Positions 1-12,494 of a stretch of 51,364 nt of DNA are shown here, piece after piece. The position numbers and the translations under genes were made by a program. Within the stretch, counting starts at the first letter, position 1. Each line of letters opens with the position of its first letter. Source of the stretch: Nemertoderma westbladi (taxonomy: Eukaryota; Animalia; Xenacoelomorpha); contig JAUCBJ010005124.1 of the NCBI GenBank assembly GCA_032718475.1, forward strand, positions 1 to 51,364, read 5' to 3'. A model generated the notes under the pieces. It did not search any database and was not told the DNA's origin. It saw only the letters and a list, made by a program, of their open reading frames with translations.

Positions 1-2810
1 TAGGGTGTTACAAAAATCACTTTTTTGCCCCAATTGCTTGGAAACTTCGACATGTTTTGCCATTTTAATGTAGAAGTACAATGCAAAAAACCGTTTTGAA
101 AAATATTTAGTGGAAGAGGTGTCACACGAGTCACAAAATCTGAGAAATTTAACAAAATATAGCAGTTTTAATTTACCGATAAATCTAGCGATAGATGATT
201 GCAATGATCTGAAACTCATGTTATGTAATGCATTTATGATGGGCTTTCCAATAACGTTTTTGGCATTGTGAAATTGACAAGATCAGATGTGTCACATTGA
301 GTTTGAAAAATTGAATTTTTTTAAAAAATCTAAGAAATTTAACAAAATATAGCAGTTTTAATTTACTGCTAAATCTAGCGATAGATGATTGCAATGATCT
401 GAAACTCATGTTATGTAATGCATTTATCATGGGCTTTCCAATAACGTTTTTGGCAATGTGAAATTGACAAGATCAGATGTGTCACATTGAGTTTGAAAAC
501 TTAACTAATTCTATATGGGAATGTGCTGGTCCCCCCTGAGTTAGTTCAACTATTACTGACGTGGCCATCTTTACATTGCCGCGATACACAGTAACTAACC
601 TGTCATAAGCCCCCTCAGAGGCATTGTCATCACCTATAAACGTACTTACCAATTCCTTCAGTTGACCTCTCAACTGTTGGTATAAGTAGTTGAATTTCTC
701 AGTCGGTGAGAAATCCTGTTGAGCGACATTAGTCTTGATATAGTTGATGAAGGTTCTCCAATGTTTAGATAAACCAGTGAAGTGCGGAGGATGTAATGGT
801 GGAAGACTGTGTCTCGGACTGAACTTAGAAAACTCCACTGTGATTGAGTTGACCATAGTATTGTCTTCCCTTCCTACCCGTTGATGGACATAAGTTGGAA
901 TCGGTTCCAACTGATGAGTAGGATAACTTACCTGTGGACGAGTACGCGAATTCGTCCTGTGATAGGTTACCTTCTCACTGACTGGTGATCTATAGTCAGT
1001 CTCAAACTCTGAGTCTGCCTGAATATTTATAACTGGGCATTCTTGCCATTGTGGTGGTTTAAACTTGGGATGGTCTTCAGGACATTGGTACTGTTGTTCC
1101 TGTACTCTAAGCTTTTCATTCTCATGTTGAGCTCGTTCTACATTGTCATTGACCTCAGGGATATTACACCTAACATGGTCGAACTCCTTATCCACCTGCA
1201 CTTTGACGTACTGAATTCTTTGCTGCACTTCTTGCACAACACCACATAGTGACAGTTTGAACTTGTTCCTGCACCTGTTGGACGGACTTGTGACTGAATA
1301 TGTTGGACTTTACCTTTTTCTATGGATGACTTCATCCCACACATCCTTATTACCTTCCCTAATTGCTAAATTTAATTGATACATATGGATGTTGGGCTTA
1401 CCTGGAGTAGGACTTGGATTAAACCGCTCACTGTCTCGAGCTCCATCCCACTCGGCTTGATCGCCTTCGTTAGTCACAAATCTTTATCGAGACTCTACTT
1501 GAGGTCGTATGGGATTCAAGACAAAGGGTGTTACCTGAAGTGTGGTTGGTTCTAATTGGTGTCTAGGTTCGGGCTCATGGCAACCTCCGGGGTGACTTAC
1601 CTGGTTTCCAGGAGTCCCTGCATCAACTGGGTCCACCCAATCCTTGGCAACCAGTCTATAGATTTATTGCGCATAATGTTGATGTGCTTCTATGGTGTCG
1701 GCTCCATGTATCTCGTTGAAACGCACAATCGATGGTTCAGGCTGCTGATTAGTGACTCAGCGCCGTCATTGTTTAGCAGGGATTGAGCCTGCTCGAGTTC
1801 TTGAGCAGTCCGTTGCTGTCGATCCTCCAATTCATAGGCCTTCTGTTGCGATTTGGCCGCAGCCAACTGTCTTTGTTGTTCTAGAATTTATGCCTCCTTG
1901 TGTTGTTCCATCTCGAGTTTCTTCCTGGTGATGTCGCGTTGATGAGGCAAATGTTTGTTCTCTTCATTGACTGCTCACATTGAGTCGGGCTTACCGACTG
2001 CCTTCCAGCCTACCGATTTTAGCAGTCTTCCGACATTGGCAGTTTTCCATCCAAAAATTGGTAGTAGGCCTACCGGATCGGTTTAACTGTACGAATTTAA
2101 CAAAATCACCTATTATTAAATTTGTAATTTTAAAATATATGTAATTGTGGAAATGCTGCAATTTAATATTATTGTACTGTTGTTGTTGTAGTAACACACC
2201 TTACTGCCCTACTTCAGTACTTTGTTGCATGGCCTTTATGAATGAAGCAAAACAAAAGGGTCATGGAGTAACTTAGTAGTAGATGAAGTAGTAGTGTAGA
2301 AGTACATACAGTAGTACTGGTAAGGAGAGGAACACACTCAGTTTTCATACATTTTGATCTTCAATTTTGAAATTGTAGAAATGATAAATGCATTACATAA
2401 CATGAGTTTCAGATCATTGCAATCATCTATCGCTAGATTTATCAGTAAATTAAAACTGCTATATTTTGTTAAATTTCTTAGATTTTTTAAAAAAATTCAA
2501 TTTTTCAAACTCAATGTGACACATCTGATCTTGTCAATTTCACAATGCCAAAAACGTTATTGGAAAGCCCATCATAAATGCATTACATAACATGAGTTTC
2601 AGACCATTGCAATCATCTATCGCTAGATTTATCTGTAAATTAAAACTGCTATATTTTGTTAAATTTCTCAGATTTTGTGACTCGTGTGACACCTCTTCCA
2701 CTAAATATTTTTCAAAACGGTTTTTTGCATTCTACTTCTACATTAAAATGGCAAAACATGTCGAAGTTTCCAAGCAATTGGGGCAAAAAAGTGATTTTTG
2801 TAACACCCTA
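1..2810. mobile_element. Non-autonomous foldback-type DNA transposon with ~430-bp TIRs (TAGGGTG... termini, hAT-like), carrying a BEL/Pao fragment
   Basis: 1-430 is the near-exact reverse complement of 2381-2810 (TAGGGTGTTACAAAAATCAC...GTGATTTTTGTAACACCCTA). Each arm contains ~190-bp internal tandem subunits. The left TSD lies outside the window, so the superfamily is tentative. Confidence 0.85.
482..1237 (-). pseudogene. BEL/Pao gag fragment (DUF1759-like); degenerate upstream gag-like sequence continues to ~2050
   Basis: PPHFTGLSKHWRTF...FSPTEKFNYLYQQLRGQLKELV...AYDRLVTVY matches the BEL gag pattern P-x-F-x-G...W..F...EKF.YL...L.G. It is truncated at the TIR. Confidence 0.75.
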
Positions 2811-2910
2811 ATGCATAGTGCTACACCTAAATATATATATATATATATAGTCCTATAGGATATACCATTTCAAAAATAAACATGGATCTTAGTACAGTCT
2901 CCTACCCCTA
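2811..2910 (-). repeat. PPT (2897-2910) and start of the 3' LTR (TG at 2896) of the Gypsy element, interrupted at 2810 by the TIR element
   Basis: The minus strand reads AGGGGTAGGAGAC then TGTACTAAG, about 50 nt after the pol stop codon. Confidence 0.6.
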
Positions 2911-2959
2911 AGTATAGGTGGGGAAAAGACATCAATCCGGGCTGTACTGACAGCTTGTG

Positions 2960-5900
2960 TTAGTGACTCTCCTGAGAGGGGTACCCATAATAATCAGGCT
3001 GACGTCGAAGCCGTTTGGGACGTTGAGGGATAGGAGTAACTGGGGGGAACCCAACACTGCTGGGGCCTTGTTGGTCGGTAGACGAAATCTCAATCTCATC
3101 GGTAGTATTGTGGGGTGTGACGACCGCCTCGGGCTGAGTTGGAGTACCTTTTTCCAGTGTAGTCGATTTTGGACCAGAACCAAAAGCCAATTGAGACTCA
3201 GGAGTCTTTAAACTTATCTCATCCTCATCAGAGGACTCTGCAGACGGCATGTCATAGTCATTAAATGGTATAGTTGGTACAAGTAAACAATCAGCCTTCC
3301 GTACACGATAGGAGTGGGCACGTAATTGTGAACCAACGAACTTACGTACATTACACCACTCTCCATCAATGGCTGACACAATATAGCGGGGGCGTGCGCG
3401 TAAAGATATTGGGTCTGAGTATAAGTAAACTAAGTCTCCGACAGAGATAGAGCATGGTCGTGGAACAACTGTGGGCCGCTGTGCCTTTGAATGGGCACTG
3501 GGTCCATGATTGGCTAAACGATCACCATGACGTTGGGAAATAAGTTCAATGTCATTAATGGGTATCTGTTCACCAGTGAACTGGTCCCGTTGAAGCAGAA
3601 TCTCGCGGGAGGAGAGACCAGCAAAGCGTAGACGTGAATTTAGATTAGATACTGCAATAGCGACCATGGTAGAAGAATATGGGCCTCCTGTTGGTAAGAG
3701 CTTATGGAGCTCACCTTCCAATTCCTGGACAGCACGTTCAGCAACTGGGTTCTTGTCTGGGTTTTTGCGGCGCCCAACTTCAATCCGGAGGTGGTGCCGT
3801 TCTAGTATCGTGTCATCAGTAAGAGACTGAAACCCAGGGGCAGGATCAGTACGTATGACAGCGCACGGGCCACTCAGTGGACATAAGCCTGAACCTAGGA
3901 TGATGAGGGCATCACGAAGTGTAGACTTACATTCATCTGGTACTAAACATGCAGTGGTATATGAAGATGCACATTCACGGAGAAGCAAAATCCGCTGAGA
4001 ATACCGACGGATCACATCAGCCGCGAAACTAATGCCAAACGCAGCTGGGGGTTCGGATGAGGTCTGTGGACGTATGCAATGGGGGGCAGCTTGGAGTGCC
4101 ACACACTGGTGGCAGTGTGTAGATGTAGCCTCGATGGCACGGTCTAAGTCAAGTGCGTGGAAATATCGAGTGAATGTATTACGGAGTTGAGAGCGAGATG
4201 GATGATGCATCTCTAAATGCATGGATGTTAGCAAGCCAGAGAGTCCAGACCGAGGGATAACAATTACCTCATTGGGAGATGCAAATGGACGCTGACGTTT
4301 TACTACTAGCAATCCATCCCGTGCAATAGCACAACAGCCTAGATAACGTTTTACATCACGGCTGTGGGTATCACGCTTGGTTGGGCGGGTACCTTGGGAG
4401 AGATGCGCCTGTGTCCGTCGCAGATCGGCACACTCCTGTTGTGTAGCGCGCCAGGCTGTGCGACTGGCATATAGGGGACGGGGACTAGGGGAACCTGGTG
4501 TAGAAGGAGACTCATTTGTGAAGTCAGATGAAACACGAATCACTGGAGATGGGATGGTGTCCTGGAGAAACTTGCATACCTGACATGACTGTAAGGTACA
4601 CGGGGAAACATTCCGGCTTTGAAAGTCGGCGGGCAGGTTGGTAGTTCCCTTGATATGGTCAATAGAGACTAAGAACTGGCTTGAGACGGCTAAGAATGTG
4701 GATAAACGTGGGCTAGCTGAGTATGAACCACGGGATAACTTTTTAAATGCCTCCACACATGGCTTACTGTCCGTTAGAACCCGGGAAGGACGGCTGGATG
4801 CGACAATATAAGGAGCAAAATGGGTCACAGCAGCAGCAATGGCAAGGGCTTCGAGTTCGCAAGGTAGCCATGAATGTTGATGAGCTTTTAGTTTGGCCGA
4901 ATAGAAACCTGCTACAAGGAGTGATGGACCACGTTTCGCGTAGAGTACTGCACCAAGACCGTCAACACTGGATGCAGCGTCTGTGACAATGAATAACTCA
5001 TCACCAGGGTGGGGAATGGTAATAGACTGGCAGGATTGGACAGCAGCTTGTGAACGACGAAAGATGGAAGTCAACTCTGGGGTCCAAGCAGGTTCCTGAC
5101 TAGGGGAATCTGTTAAGATACTATCTAATGGGCCTACTAATGCAGAGCAATGGGGCAATACCCTAGCGAGTGTCTTGTAAGAGCCAAGATAGGAACGAAG
5201 GGCACGTGTAGTAGTTGGAAGTGGACAAGAAGCGAGAGCAGATGTAATATGTGTGGACGCTGTTAAAGTACCATGAGCCCACTTCCAGCCAAGGATTGTT
5301 GTAGAACGAGGGCAGATTACTGTTTTGTGAGCGGATAAACGGAGGTTAGAAAGCTGGAGTGCTGTTAGTAACTCACAAAAGGTTTGACGGAGCTCATCGA
5401 TTGTGTTCCCACCACAGTAAAGGTCATCGGCCAGCTTAAGGACTGTTCCCTTACAGAGGAGGTCACCAAGAACGCGGGTCATTAGTTCATCAAGGGCAGT
5501 CTCTGACCCTGGCATGCCCATGGCACAGCGTTGGTACACACGGACACCGCGAAATGGGGTTACTACTCCACAGAAACGCATGGATGCACGTTGAAGGGGG
5601 ATTTGGTAGAATGCACTAGTTAGGTCTGTGTGGATAAGATACTTAAAACGTCCAAGGGATCGTAGGGTTGAGTCAACATCTGGGAGTAGAGCAGGTGGAG
5701 GTTTACAATATTTAGCAACTTCGGTAAAGGCTGTCACTAACCGGGTGCCACCATTTGGCTTTGCGACGAGGAATGATGGATTTAAATATTCTACCGTGAC
5801 TCCAGCTGCCTCAGGGGTAGCAAATACACCGAGAGACTCGAGTTCATCGAAGCGGGTCTGGAGCTCAACTAAGCGATCACGGGAATATAAGGGAATACGT

Positions 5901-6148
5901 CCCTTATGTTGAGGGGGTAGGGTAGGGCCAACATTCACAATAGACTCAAAGGGGCCAGCATGTGCATTATAACCGGGGAAAGCTGGATTAAAAACTTCCT
6001 GGTAGGTCTTGAGTATGTCATGGAATGATGCACGTTCATGGTAAGATAGGACTTTATCAGGATCTAATCTAATAGACTCTTTAGGGTGCCGTAAATTCAA
6101 TTTGTACTTGCGACCGAAAACCCATCCCGTAATGACCTCAGGAACCAC
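2960..6148 (-). CDS. Ty3/Gypsy-type pol (RT-RNaseH-integrase), 5'-truncated (no gag or protease)
   Basis: RT motifs DLTSAFYQIPL, AMGMPGS and LADDLY; RNaseH VTDAAS, ELEALA, TDSKP and ADFQSR; integrase HHCC plus FAADV, TDPAPGF and NPVAERAV. The first ~20 codons are probably flanking DNA. Confidence 0.92.
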   Translation of the reverse strand: MVPEVITGWVFGRKYKLNLRHPKESIRLDPDKVLSYHERASFHDILKTYQEVFNPAFPGYNAHAGPFESIVNVGPTLPPQHKGRIPLYSRDRLVELQTRFDELESLGVFATPEAAGVTVEYLNPSFLVAKPNGGTRLVTAFTEVAKYCKPPPALLPDVDSTLRSLGRFKYLIHTDLTSAFYQIPLQRASMRFCGVVTPFRGVRVYQRCAMGMPGSETALDELMTRVLGDLLCKGTVLKLADDLYCGGNTIDELRQTFCELLTALQLSNLRLSAHKTVICPRSTTILGWKWAHGTLTASTHITSALASCPLPTTTRALRSYLGSYKTLARVLPHCSALVGPLDSILTDSPSQEPAWTPELTSIFRRSQAAVQSCQSITIPHPGDELFIVTDAASSVDGLGAVLYAKRGPSLLVAGFYSAKLKAHQHSWLPCELEALAIAAAVTHFAPYIVASSRPSRVLTDSKPCVEAFKKLSRGSYSASPRLSTFLAVSSQFLVSIDHIKGTTNLPADFQSRNVSPCTLQSCQVCKFLQDTIPSPVIRVSSDFTNESPSTPGSPSPRPLYASRTAWRATQQECADLRRTQAHLSQGTRPTKRDTHSRDVKRYLGCCAIARDGLLVVKRQRPFASPNEVIVIPRSGLSGLLTSMHLEMHHPSRSQLRNTFTRYFHALDLDRAIEATSTHCHQCVALQAAPHCIRPQTSSEPPAAFGISFAADVIRRYSQRILLLRECASSYTTACLVPDECKSTLRDALIILGSGLCPLSGPCAVIRTDPAPGFQSLTDDTILERHHLRIEVGRRKNPDKNPVAERAVQELEGELHKLLPTGGPYSSTMVAIAVSNLNSRLRFAGLSSREILLQRDQFTGEQIPINDIELISQRHGDRLANHGPSAHSKAQRPTVVPRPCSISVGDLVYLYSDPISLRARPRYIVSAIDGEWCNVRKFVGSQLRAHSYRVRKADCLLVPTIPFNDYDMPSAESSDEDEISLKTPESQLAFGSGPKSTTLEKGTPTQPEAVVTPHNTTDEIEISSTDQQGPSSVGFPPVTPIPQRPKRLRRQPDYYGYPSQESH

Positions 6149-6629
6149 AATAAATTTGATAAATTAATGGGAATATAGCTTCTATGCAACAACTGGCCAG
6201 CACACAAGTATCACTTTGTTGCCTGCATAATATTGTTCCCCGAGAATGCCTCTGCCTCTCAGTTAACTTACCACGAGCTGTCAATCAGGAATACCTCGGA
6301 GTTTATTTTCTCAAAGAATTAAAAGTGCCACAAACTACCTCAAAGTGACATTTCTCAAAGAATTCAATGTGCCTAAAAGCAGGAAATCACTTTGAGATTC
6401 CCAACTAAAAGTGTCTACAAGAATTCAAAGTGGCCGTTGGGAGTAATGTAATGACTTTTAGACACTTTTAGAAAAACTTTGAGAAAATCTCAAAGAACAG
6501 ATGCACTTTGAGACCCCGACTGTATATCGCTCTATTTTTTTATTAAAGAATTGATTAACAAAAAAGTACCAATAATTTAAGAATAAAATTACGTATTACT
6601 GTACATGGGAAAACTCGTTACTCGAAAAC

Positions 6630-8292
6630 TTGTTACTCGTTGTTGCTCGTTTTGTTGTACTTTATTATTGCTTGTTCAGTCGTTGTTCCTCATTGTTGCT
6701 CAGTGTTGCTTGTTGGTGCTCATTGTTGCTCGTTGTTGTACTTTATTATTGCTCGTTGTTGTACTGTACCTTATTATTGCTCATATTGCTCATTGTTGCT
6801 CATTGTACTTTATTACTACACGTTGTCGTTATTGCTCGTTGTTGCTCATTGTTGGTCATTGTTACTCGTTGTTGTTCGTTGTTCCTCATTGCTCCATTGT
6901 TGCTCGTTGTTGTACTTTATTACTACACGTTGTCGTTATTGCTCATTGTTGGTCATTGTTGCTCGTTGTTGTTCGTTATTCCTCATTGCTCCATTGTTGC
7001 TCGTTGTTGATCATTGTTGCTCTCTGTTGCTCATTGTTGCTCGTTGTTGTACTTTATTATAACACGTTGTCGTTATTGCTGGATAGATCTTTTTACAGAA
7101 CACAAGCGAACACAATAGAACACACCCGAACACACTCCAAAAACTGCCGAACACAATCGAACACAGTCGAAAATAGAAAGAGCACAAAAAAATAACACCG
7201 GGTACCAACTTTTAGATAAAATTAGCCACGCATTACTTTTCTATAAGAAAATTCCCGAAATTATTGAATAAAATTGTTGCGAAATTAAATATTCATTTCT
7301 TGTCAGATCGGGCCTAGCCTAAAATAAGCCTACAACTAATAATAATTTAACATAGTAGTAACCATAAATTAAGTGAGGTTAGCACCGGGACAGAGATCCC
7401 TACCGGTACCTGTCAGGGTAGGTACCTAACCGGGACCCAGCTCTTTATATTCCGGTGCAGTACTGCAGTAGTAGGCATGTAGGTACCGGTACCGGTACCT
7501 ATGTTGTAGCGTACGTCATGTACATTACGTACGGTAACGGGCCTAACTTCCTGATTCATATCCTCCTCAGCAATCAGTCCCAGACCAAGCTATTCCAGTA
7601 CACAGGCAAACAGGCCTATTAGCTAACGCTAACCCGCTATTACTATATATGTGACAGGTGCGCGTGCGGTACCCGGTAGGCTTCCCTACATAGTTTGTTA
7701 TACAGTACAGCAGTACACAACAAATGATAGGCCTACCTGATAAGAAATGAATATTTAATTTCGCGACAATTTTATTCAATAATTTCGGAAATTTTCTTAT
7801 AGAAAAGCAACGCGTGGCTAATTTTATCTAAAAGTTGGAACCCGGGATTATTTTTTTGTGCTCTTTCTATTTTCGACTGTGTTCGATTGTGTTCGGCAGT
7901 TTTTGGAGTGTGTTCGGGTGTGTTCTTGTGTGTTCGCTTGTGTTCTGTAAAAAGAACTATCCGTTATTGCTCGTTGTTGCTCATTGTTGGTCATTGTTGC
8001 ACGTTGTTTTTCGTTGTTCCTCATTGCTCCATTGTTGCTCATTGTTGCTCGTTGTTGTACTTTATTATTACACGTTGTCGTTATTGCTCGTTGTTGCTCA
8101 TTGTTAGTCATTGTTGCTCGTTGTTGTTCGCTGTTCCTCATTGCTCCCTTGTTGCTCGTTGTTGCTCATTGTTGCTCGTTGTGGTACTTTATTACTACAC
8201 CTTGCCGTTATTGCTCGTTGTCGTTATTGCTCGTTGTTGCTCATTTTTGGTCATTGTTGCTCGTTGTTGTTCGTTGTTCCTCATTGTTGGTC
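6630..8292. repeat. Degenerate minisatellite built from CATTGTTGCT/CGTTGTTG units, split by a MITE
   Basis: Visible reiteration at about 6630-7080 and 7963-8292. It explains the overlapping Cys/Leu-rich spurious ORFs. Confidence 0.9.
7081..7962. mobile_element. Mutator-like (MULE) non-autonomous element with ~230-bp TIRs and a 9-bp TSD
   Basis: GGATAG...CTATCC termini; 7081-~7315 is inverted to ~7731-7962; GTTATTGCT is duplicated at 7072-7080 and 7963-7971. Confidence 0.85.
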
Positions 8293-9340
8293 ATAGCCTC
8301 TGGTGTGTTCCAAAAAGGATACATTCCGTCTGGGCAAAGGTTATGATCAGTTTGTTTTCAATACACCATTGAGAGACTCTTTCCATCGTGTTAGTTAATG
8401 AAATAGATATATTTTCTGAGTGTGCGTCACTGTGGGCCAGTCCAGTATTGTCTGCGAATATGGGCGCTAGAGTGTCATCTTCAATTGCTTGGGGGATGTC
8501 ATTGGTACCGCTGATGTACAATAGTACTCCGAGGATCGATCCCTGTGGAACCCCAATATCAATTTGCTTGCAATCGGAATGAACATCTCCTATGGAAACA
8601 TACTGTTTAAAGATAAATATGACGTGAACCATTTACATGTACTTTTGGAAGCACCCATGGCCCTTAATTTGTTTATAACTGTTTGGTGGTCTACGCAGTC
8701 GAAGGCTTTGCTCAAATCGATGAGAACCATACCTCTGTTAGTTGACCTCTATCTATGGACACACGGATGTAATTATCTAATAACATAAGCGCAGACTCTG
8801 TTGAGTAACCGATTCGATAACTGGACTGAAACTTGTTTAGTGTGTTGTTGGATACTAGGTAGTACATCCATTGGTCAAACACAACGCGTTCTAGTATCTT
8901 GGACAGAATGGCTAATAGGGCAATTGGTCGGTAGTTACCACGCTCTAAATCGGACCCTTTTTCTTTATTGGATTAAGTTGCGCGACTTTGTAGCTTTGTG
9001 GAAATGTAGATGTTTCTATAGATAGATTAACTATGTGCCGGAAAGGAACTACTAGTGAGTTCAACCATCTTTAATAACTCGGGCGGGAACAGTCGGGCCT
9101 AGGTCGTAGGCAATTGTGGAGTAGAAGTTGTTAAATCCGTCGCATATAGTCTGGGTATCATTGGATGCTTTTCCGTCAATCATAATTGCATTGATTGGGG
9201 TCTTTCCCTGGTTACTTTTTGTTGGTGGTCCAATTGATTTCAGTAGTTTCCACAACTTCTTACTGTCAACAGTCGCGGCTTGGAGAGTTGTTCGGATGTA
9301 TGAAACTTTTGTCAATTTCATGGTATTGGTTGCGTGGTTA
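8291..9340 (-). pseudogene. Decayed non-LTR retrotransposon (CR1/L2-like) ORF2 reverse transcriptase
   Basis: Fragments KKLWKLLKSI...ICDGFNNFYSTIA, GMVLIDLSKAFDCVD, GVPQGSILG and IFADNT in shifting frames. Confidence 0.85.
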
Positions 9341-9369
9341 CGGATAATATATTATATAATATATAATAT

Positions 9370-10046
9370 ATTACATAATGCACAGTAGACATAATGTACA
9401 GTAGAAATAATGTACAGTAGACATAATGTACAGTAGACATAATGTACAGTATACATAATGTACAGTATACATAATGTACAGTAGACATAATGTACGTACA
9501 GTAGACATATTGTACAGTAGACATAATGTACGTACAGTAGACATATTGTACAGTAGACATAATGTACAGTAGACATAATGTACAGTCGACATAATGTACA
9601 GTATACGTAATGTACAGTAGACGTAATATACAGTAAATGTAATGTACAGTAGACATAATGTACAGTAGACATAATGTACAGTAGACATAATGTACAGTAG
9701 ACGTAATGTACAGTAGATGTAATGTACAGTAGACATAATGTACAGTAGACATACTGTAATGTACAGTAGACATAATGTACAGTAGACATAATGTACAGTA
9801 GACATAATGTACAGTAGACATAATGTACAGTAGACATAATGTACAGTAGACATAATGCACAGTAGATATAATGCACAGTAGACATAATGTACAGTAGACA
9901 TAATGTACAGTAGACATAATGTACAGTAGACATAATGTACAGTAGACATAATGTACAGTAGACATAATGTACAGTAGACATAATGTACGTACAGTAGACA
10001 TAATGTACAGTAGACATAATGTACAGTAGACATAATGTACAGTAGA
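9370..10046. repeat. 16-bp minisatellite (CATAATGTACAGTAGA)n, about 40 copies
   Basis: Direct head-to-tail repetition with no spacers. Confidence 0.97.
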
Positions 10047-12174
10047 AAAGGTAAAGAAAGAATTGCGTATAAAAGAAATAAAAAGAACTTACAATATTTA
10101 TCTTATGCTATAATTAAATTTACCAAAAAGGAAAATAAGGCGAAGGTAAGAACATACTGTAGAACAAATTAAATCTTATAATAAAAGTGTCGAAAATAAG
10201 AATAATGTACAGTAGAAAAGGTAAAGAATTGCGGAAGTAGATTAATTTCTTTCAGCGTACATGAAAATAAATGTTTATAGGTTATACTACTACTAATATA
10301 ATAATAGTACAGTACATATAGTTATTCGAGGAATTTTAGTTTTGATTCTCTATTGTGCAACCGATGTTAAGTACTTTTGACTGCCCCGAGTATTTTAGAA
10401 AATGATATCTGATGGAACGAGGGTCCTCCAGAAGTGGTTTCCGCATTTGCTTCGGAGCCGCCAGAGTTTGATGCTGTCTCGATGCAAAGACACAGTTCTC
10501 GACCCAGACGTTTATATACTTCTTCACTAGTTAACATTATCTGAAATAAAAATATTATTGGTTCTGTGTAATCCGAAATATGCTACTTGTGGTCGAGAAA
10601 TGTTTTAATAAATAATAATTACATAGAAATTATGATATATTTCAGGGCTAGCGTCGGGACGGTACTGCAGTACAGAATAAAAAGAGCATGAAGACAGGAA
10701 AAGTCAGTTCAGTATAATGGGGCGAGCCACGACGTCAGTTGAGTTAGAGGCGCCAGTTTTCTTGATTGTGTTGGCTATGATAATGTTTAATTGAACTCAT
10801 TTGAATAAAATAAATCACTTAATTACAGTAGGGTGAACAGATTTAGCTTAACTATATTTAACGATATTTAACTTAATTTAGGTTATTCTCAACTCAATTA
10901 ATATTTGATTATATATTCATGAATTATAATAAGAAATTTGCTCCCGATTTAAATATTCAGTAACCTTAATGAGAGTTGGTTCGTCCAGAGTACTGTACAA
11001 TTCCAGGTTAGTCCGGTTGCAGTGGTCACCTTAAATACAGTCTTCACTGTGTGGTCTCATCAGACACTACAAGTTTCACTATCCGTGAAGAATCGATTGA
11101 TCCACTACTAACTAGTGACTGGTTTCAGAGAGCGAACACCATATTCACTCAGATCTCCAAACATTAATTGTAGAAACTGTAACTTTAGCTTCGAGAACAA
11201 GGTGTCCGCGCCCAGGTTGAAGTCTGGTAAAAGTTGCGGGTCGTTCTGAATAGCTTTCTGAACGTGCTCGAGATTGTGAACATAAGTCAAACCAAACCTG
11301 AAAATTAGTTAATTATAATAAATTACTAGAAAGCTTGATATAAATGCTTGCTCTCAGTAAGTCAGTTGGGGTATAAAAAGTACAACACTTATTGCCAGTG
11401 TGGTCCCCCAGATCTATACTCCCCAGAGGAAACTCCAATGCATCCACTACACCAAGGTGGAACTTAAGTGGGGTGGGAACTCTTGACTCAATCCAATCAA
11501 AATACATACCTTTACGGAGGAAAGGGTGACATAGTTTAGAAACCCCCCAAAAAGATTATTATAATTATCTATCTATTTTTAAAATATTAAATATAACTCA
11601 ACTCTTAACCCAACACCCTACTGTAAGAAATATAGAAATAAACATACGCCAAAAGTCAGTAAAATAATAGTAAAATTAAAAAAAAGTACCTTGAAAAGTA
11701 AGAAACAAGAATTCTGCTCGAATTTCTTCACGTAATCGACTATTTCTTAATAAACATCAATATTGGTTCTGGTAGTTAAAAGTTGCGTTAAAAATGAATT
11801 TAGTTTTATATCAATTTCATTCAATATTGCACCCAAAATAGTATCTTAGTATGATTTTCAAAATATTGAACCAGTACACCACCCCACTCTCTTATTTGTA
11901 TTTCTGTTCGCGCTTTTAGACCTTTAGCAGTTTAACCTGCCAAATTTAGGTGTCTTCTAGGTTATAAATCGACTTTAGCCTATAACAAGTATTTGATACA
12001 CATAAAGTTACACGAAGTGGGGCCTTCGCGCAGCACGTGACTTAAATTTAATTTAAGTACTAATTCGAAAGTATTACTGTATTAGCAAATATTAGTCATA
12101 AGTGATAATTCTAGAAAGGCTTTTCTGCGAATGTAGGCTATTGTGTAATTCATTTCAGTACCGGTCTGCCTAAC

Positions 12175-12367
12175 TGTCTGCACCAGGTGTCTGCACCAGG
12201 TGTCTGCACCAGGTGTCTGCACCAGGTGTCTGCACCAGGTGTCTGCACCAGGTGTCTGCACCCACCAGGTGTCTGCACCAGGTGTCTGCACCAGGTGTCT
12301 GCACCAGGTGTCTGCACCAGTTGTCTGCACCAGGTGTCTGCACCAGGTGTCTGCACCAGGTGTCTGC
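12175..12367. repeat. 13-bp minisatellite (CACCAGGTGTCTG)n
   Basis: About 14 direct copies. Confidence 0.97.
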
Positions 12368-12494
12368 TTAACGTTTACACCCCAATTCCGCTTGGTTTAT
12401 ATCTTGATTATCAATAAAATAGTAACGTCAAATATTTATGGAGCGTATATTTGAGAATGTTGAAATAATGCGTTTAGTAGTGTGACCAGCGTCT

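Noticed and set aside
221-2858. Duplicated MINALHNMSFRSLQSS ORFs at 221-430, 2354-2590 and 2592-2858
   Set aside because: They fall inside TIR subrepeats and show no protein features.
6180-6524. Tc1-like element ending ...CCCCGACTG|TA with CTCAAAG repeats
   Set aside because: Only one candidate end is visible; no matching TIR was found.
6605-8372. Multiple overlapping Cys/Leu/Val-rich ORFs
   Set aside because: They are translations of a stop-poor tandem repeat in all frames.
9318-10033. Three ~220-aa MSTVHYVYCTLCLLY ORFs
   Set aside because: Artefacts of the 16-bp repeat.
9370-10046. CRISPR-like regular repeats (also 12175-12367 and 47842-48012)
   Set aside because: Head-to-tail units with no unique spacers, no cas genes and a eukaryotic TE context; these are minisatellites.
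10330-11510. Spliced host gene on the minus strand (acceptor-like sites near 10541 and 11298)
   Set aside because: The candidate exons contain stops and show no recognisable domain.
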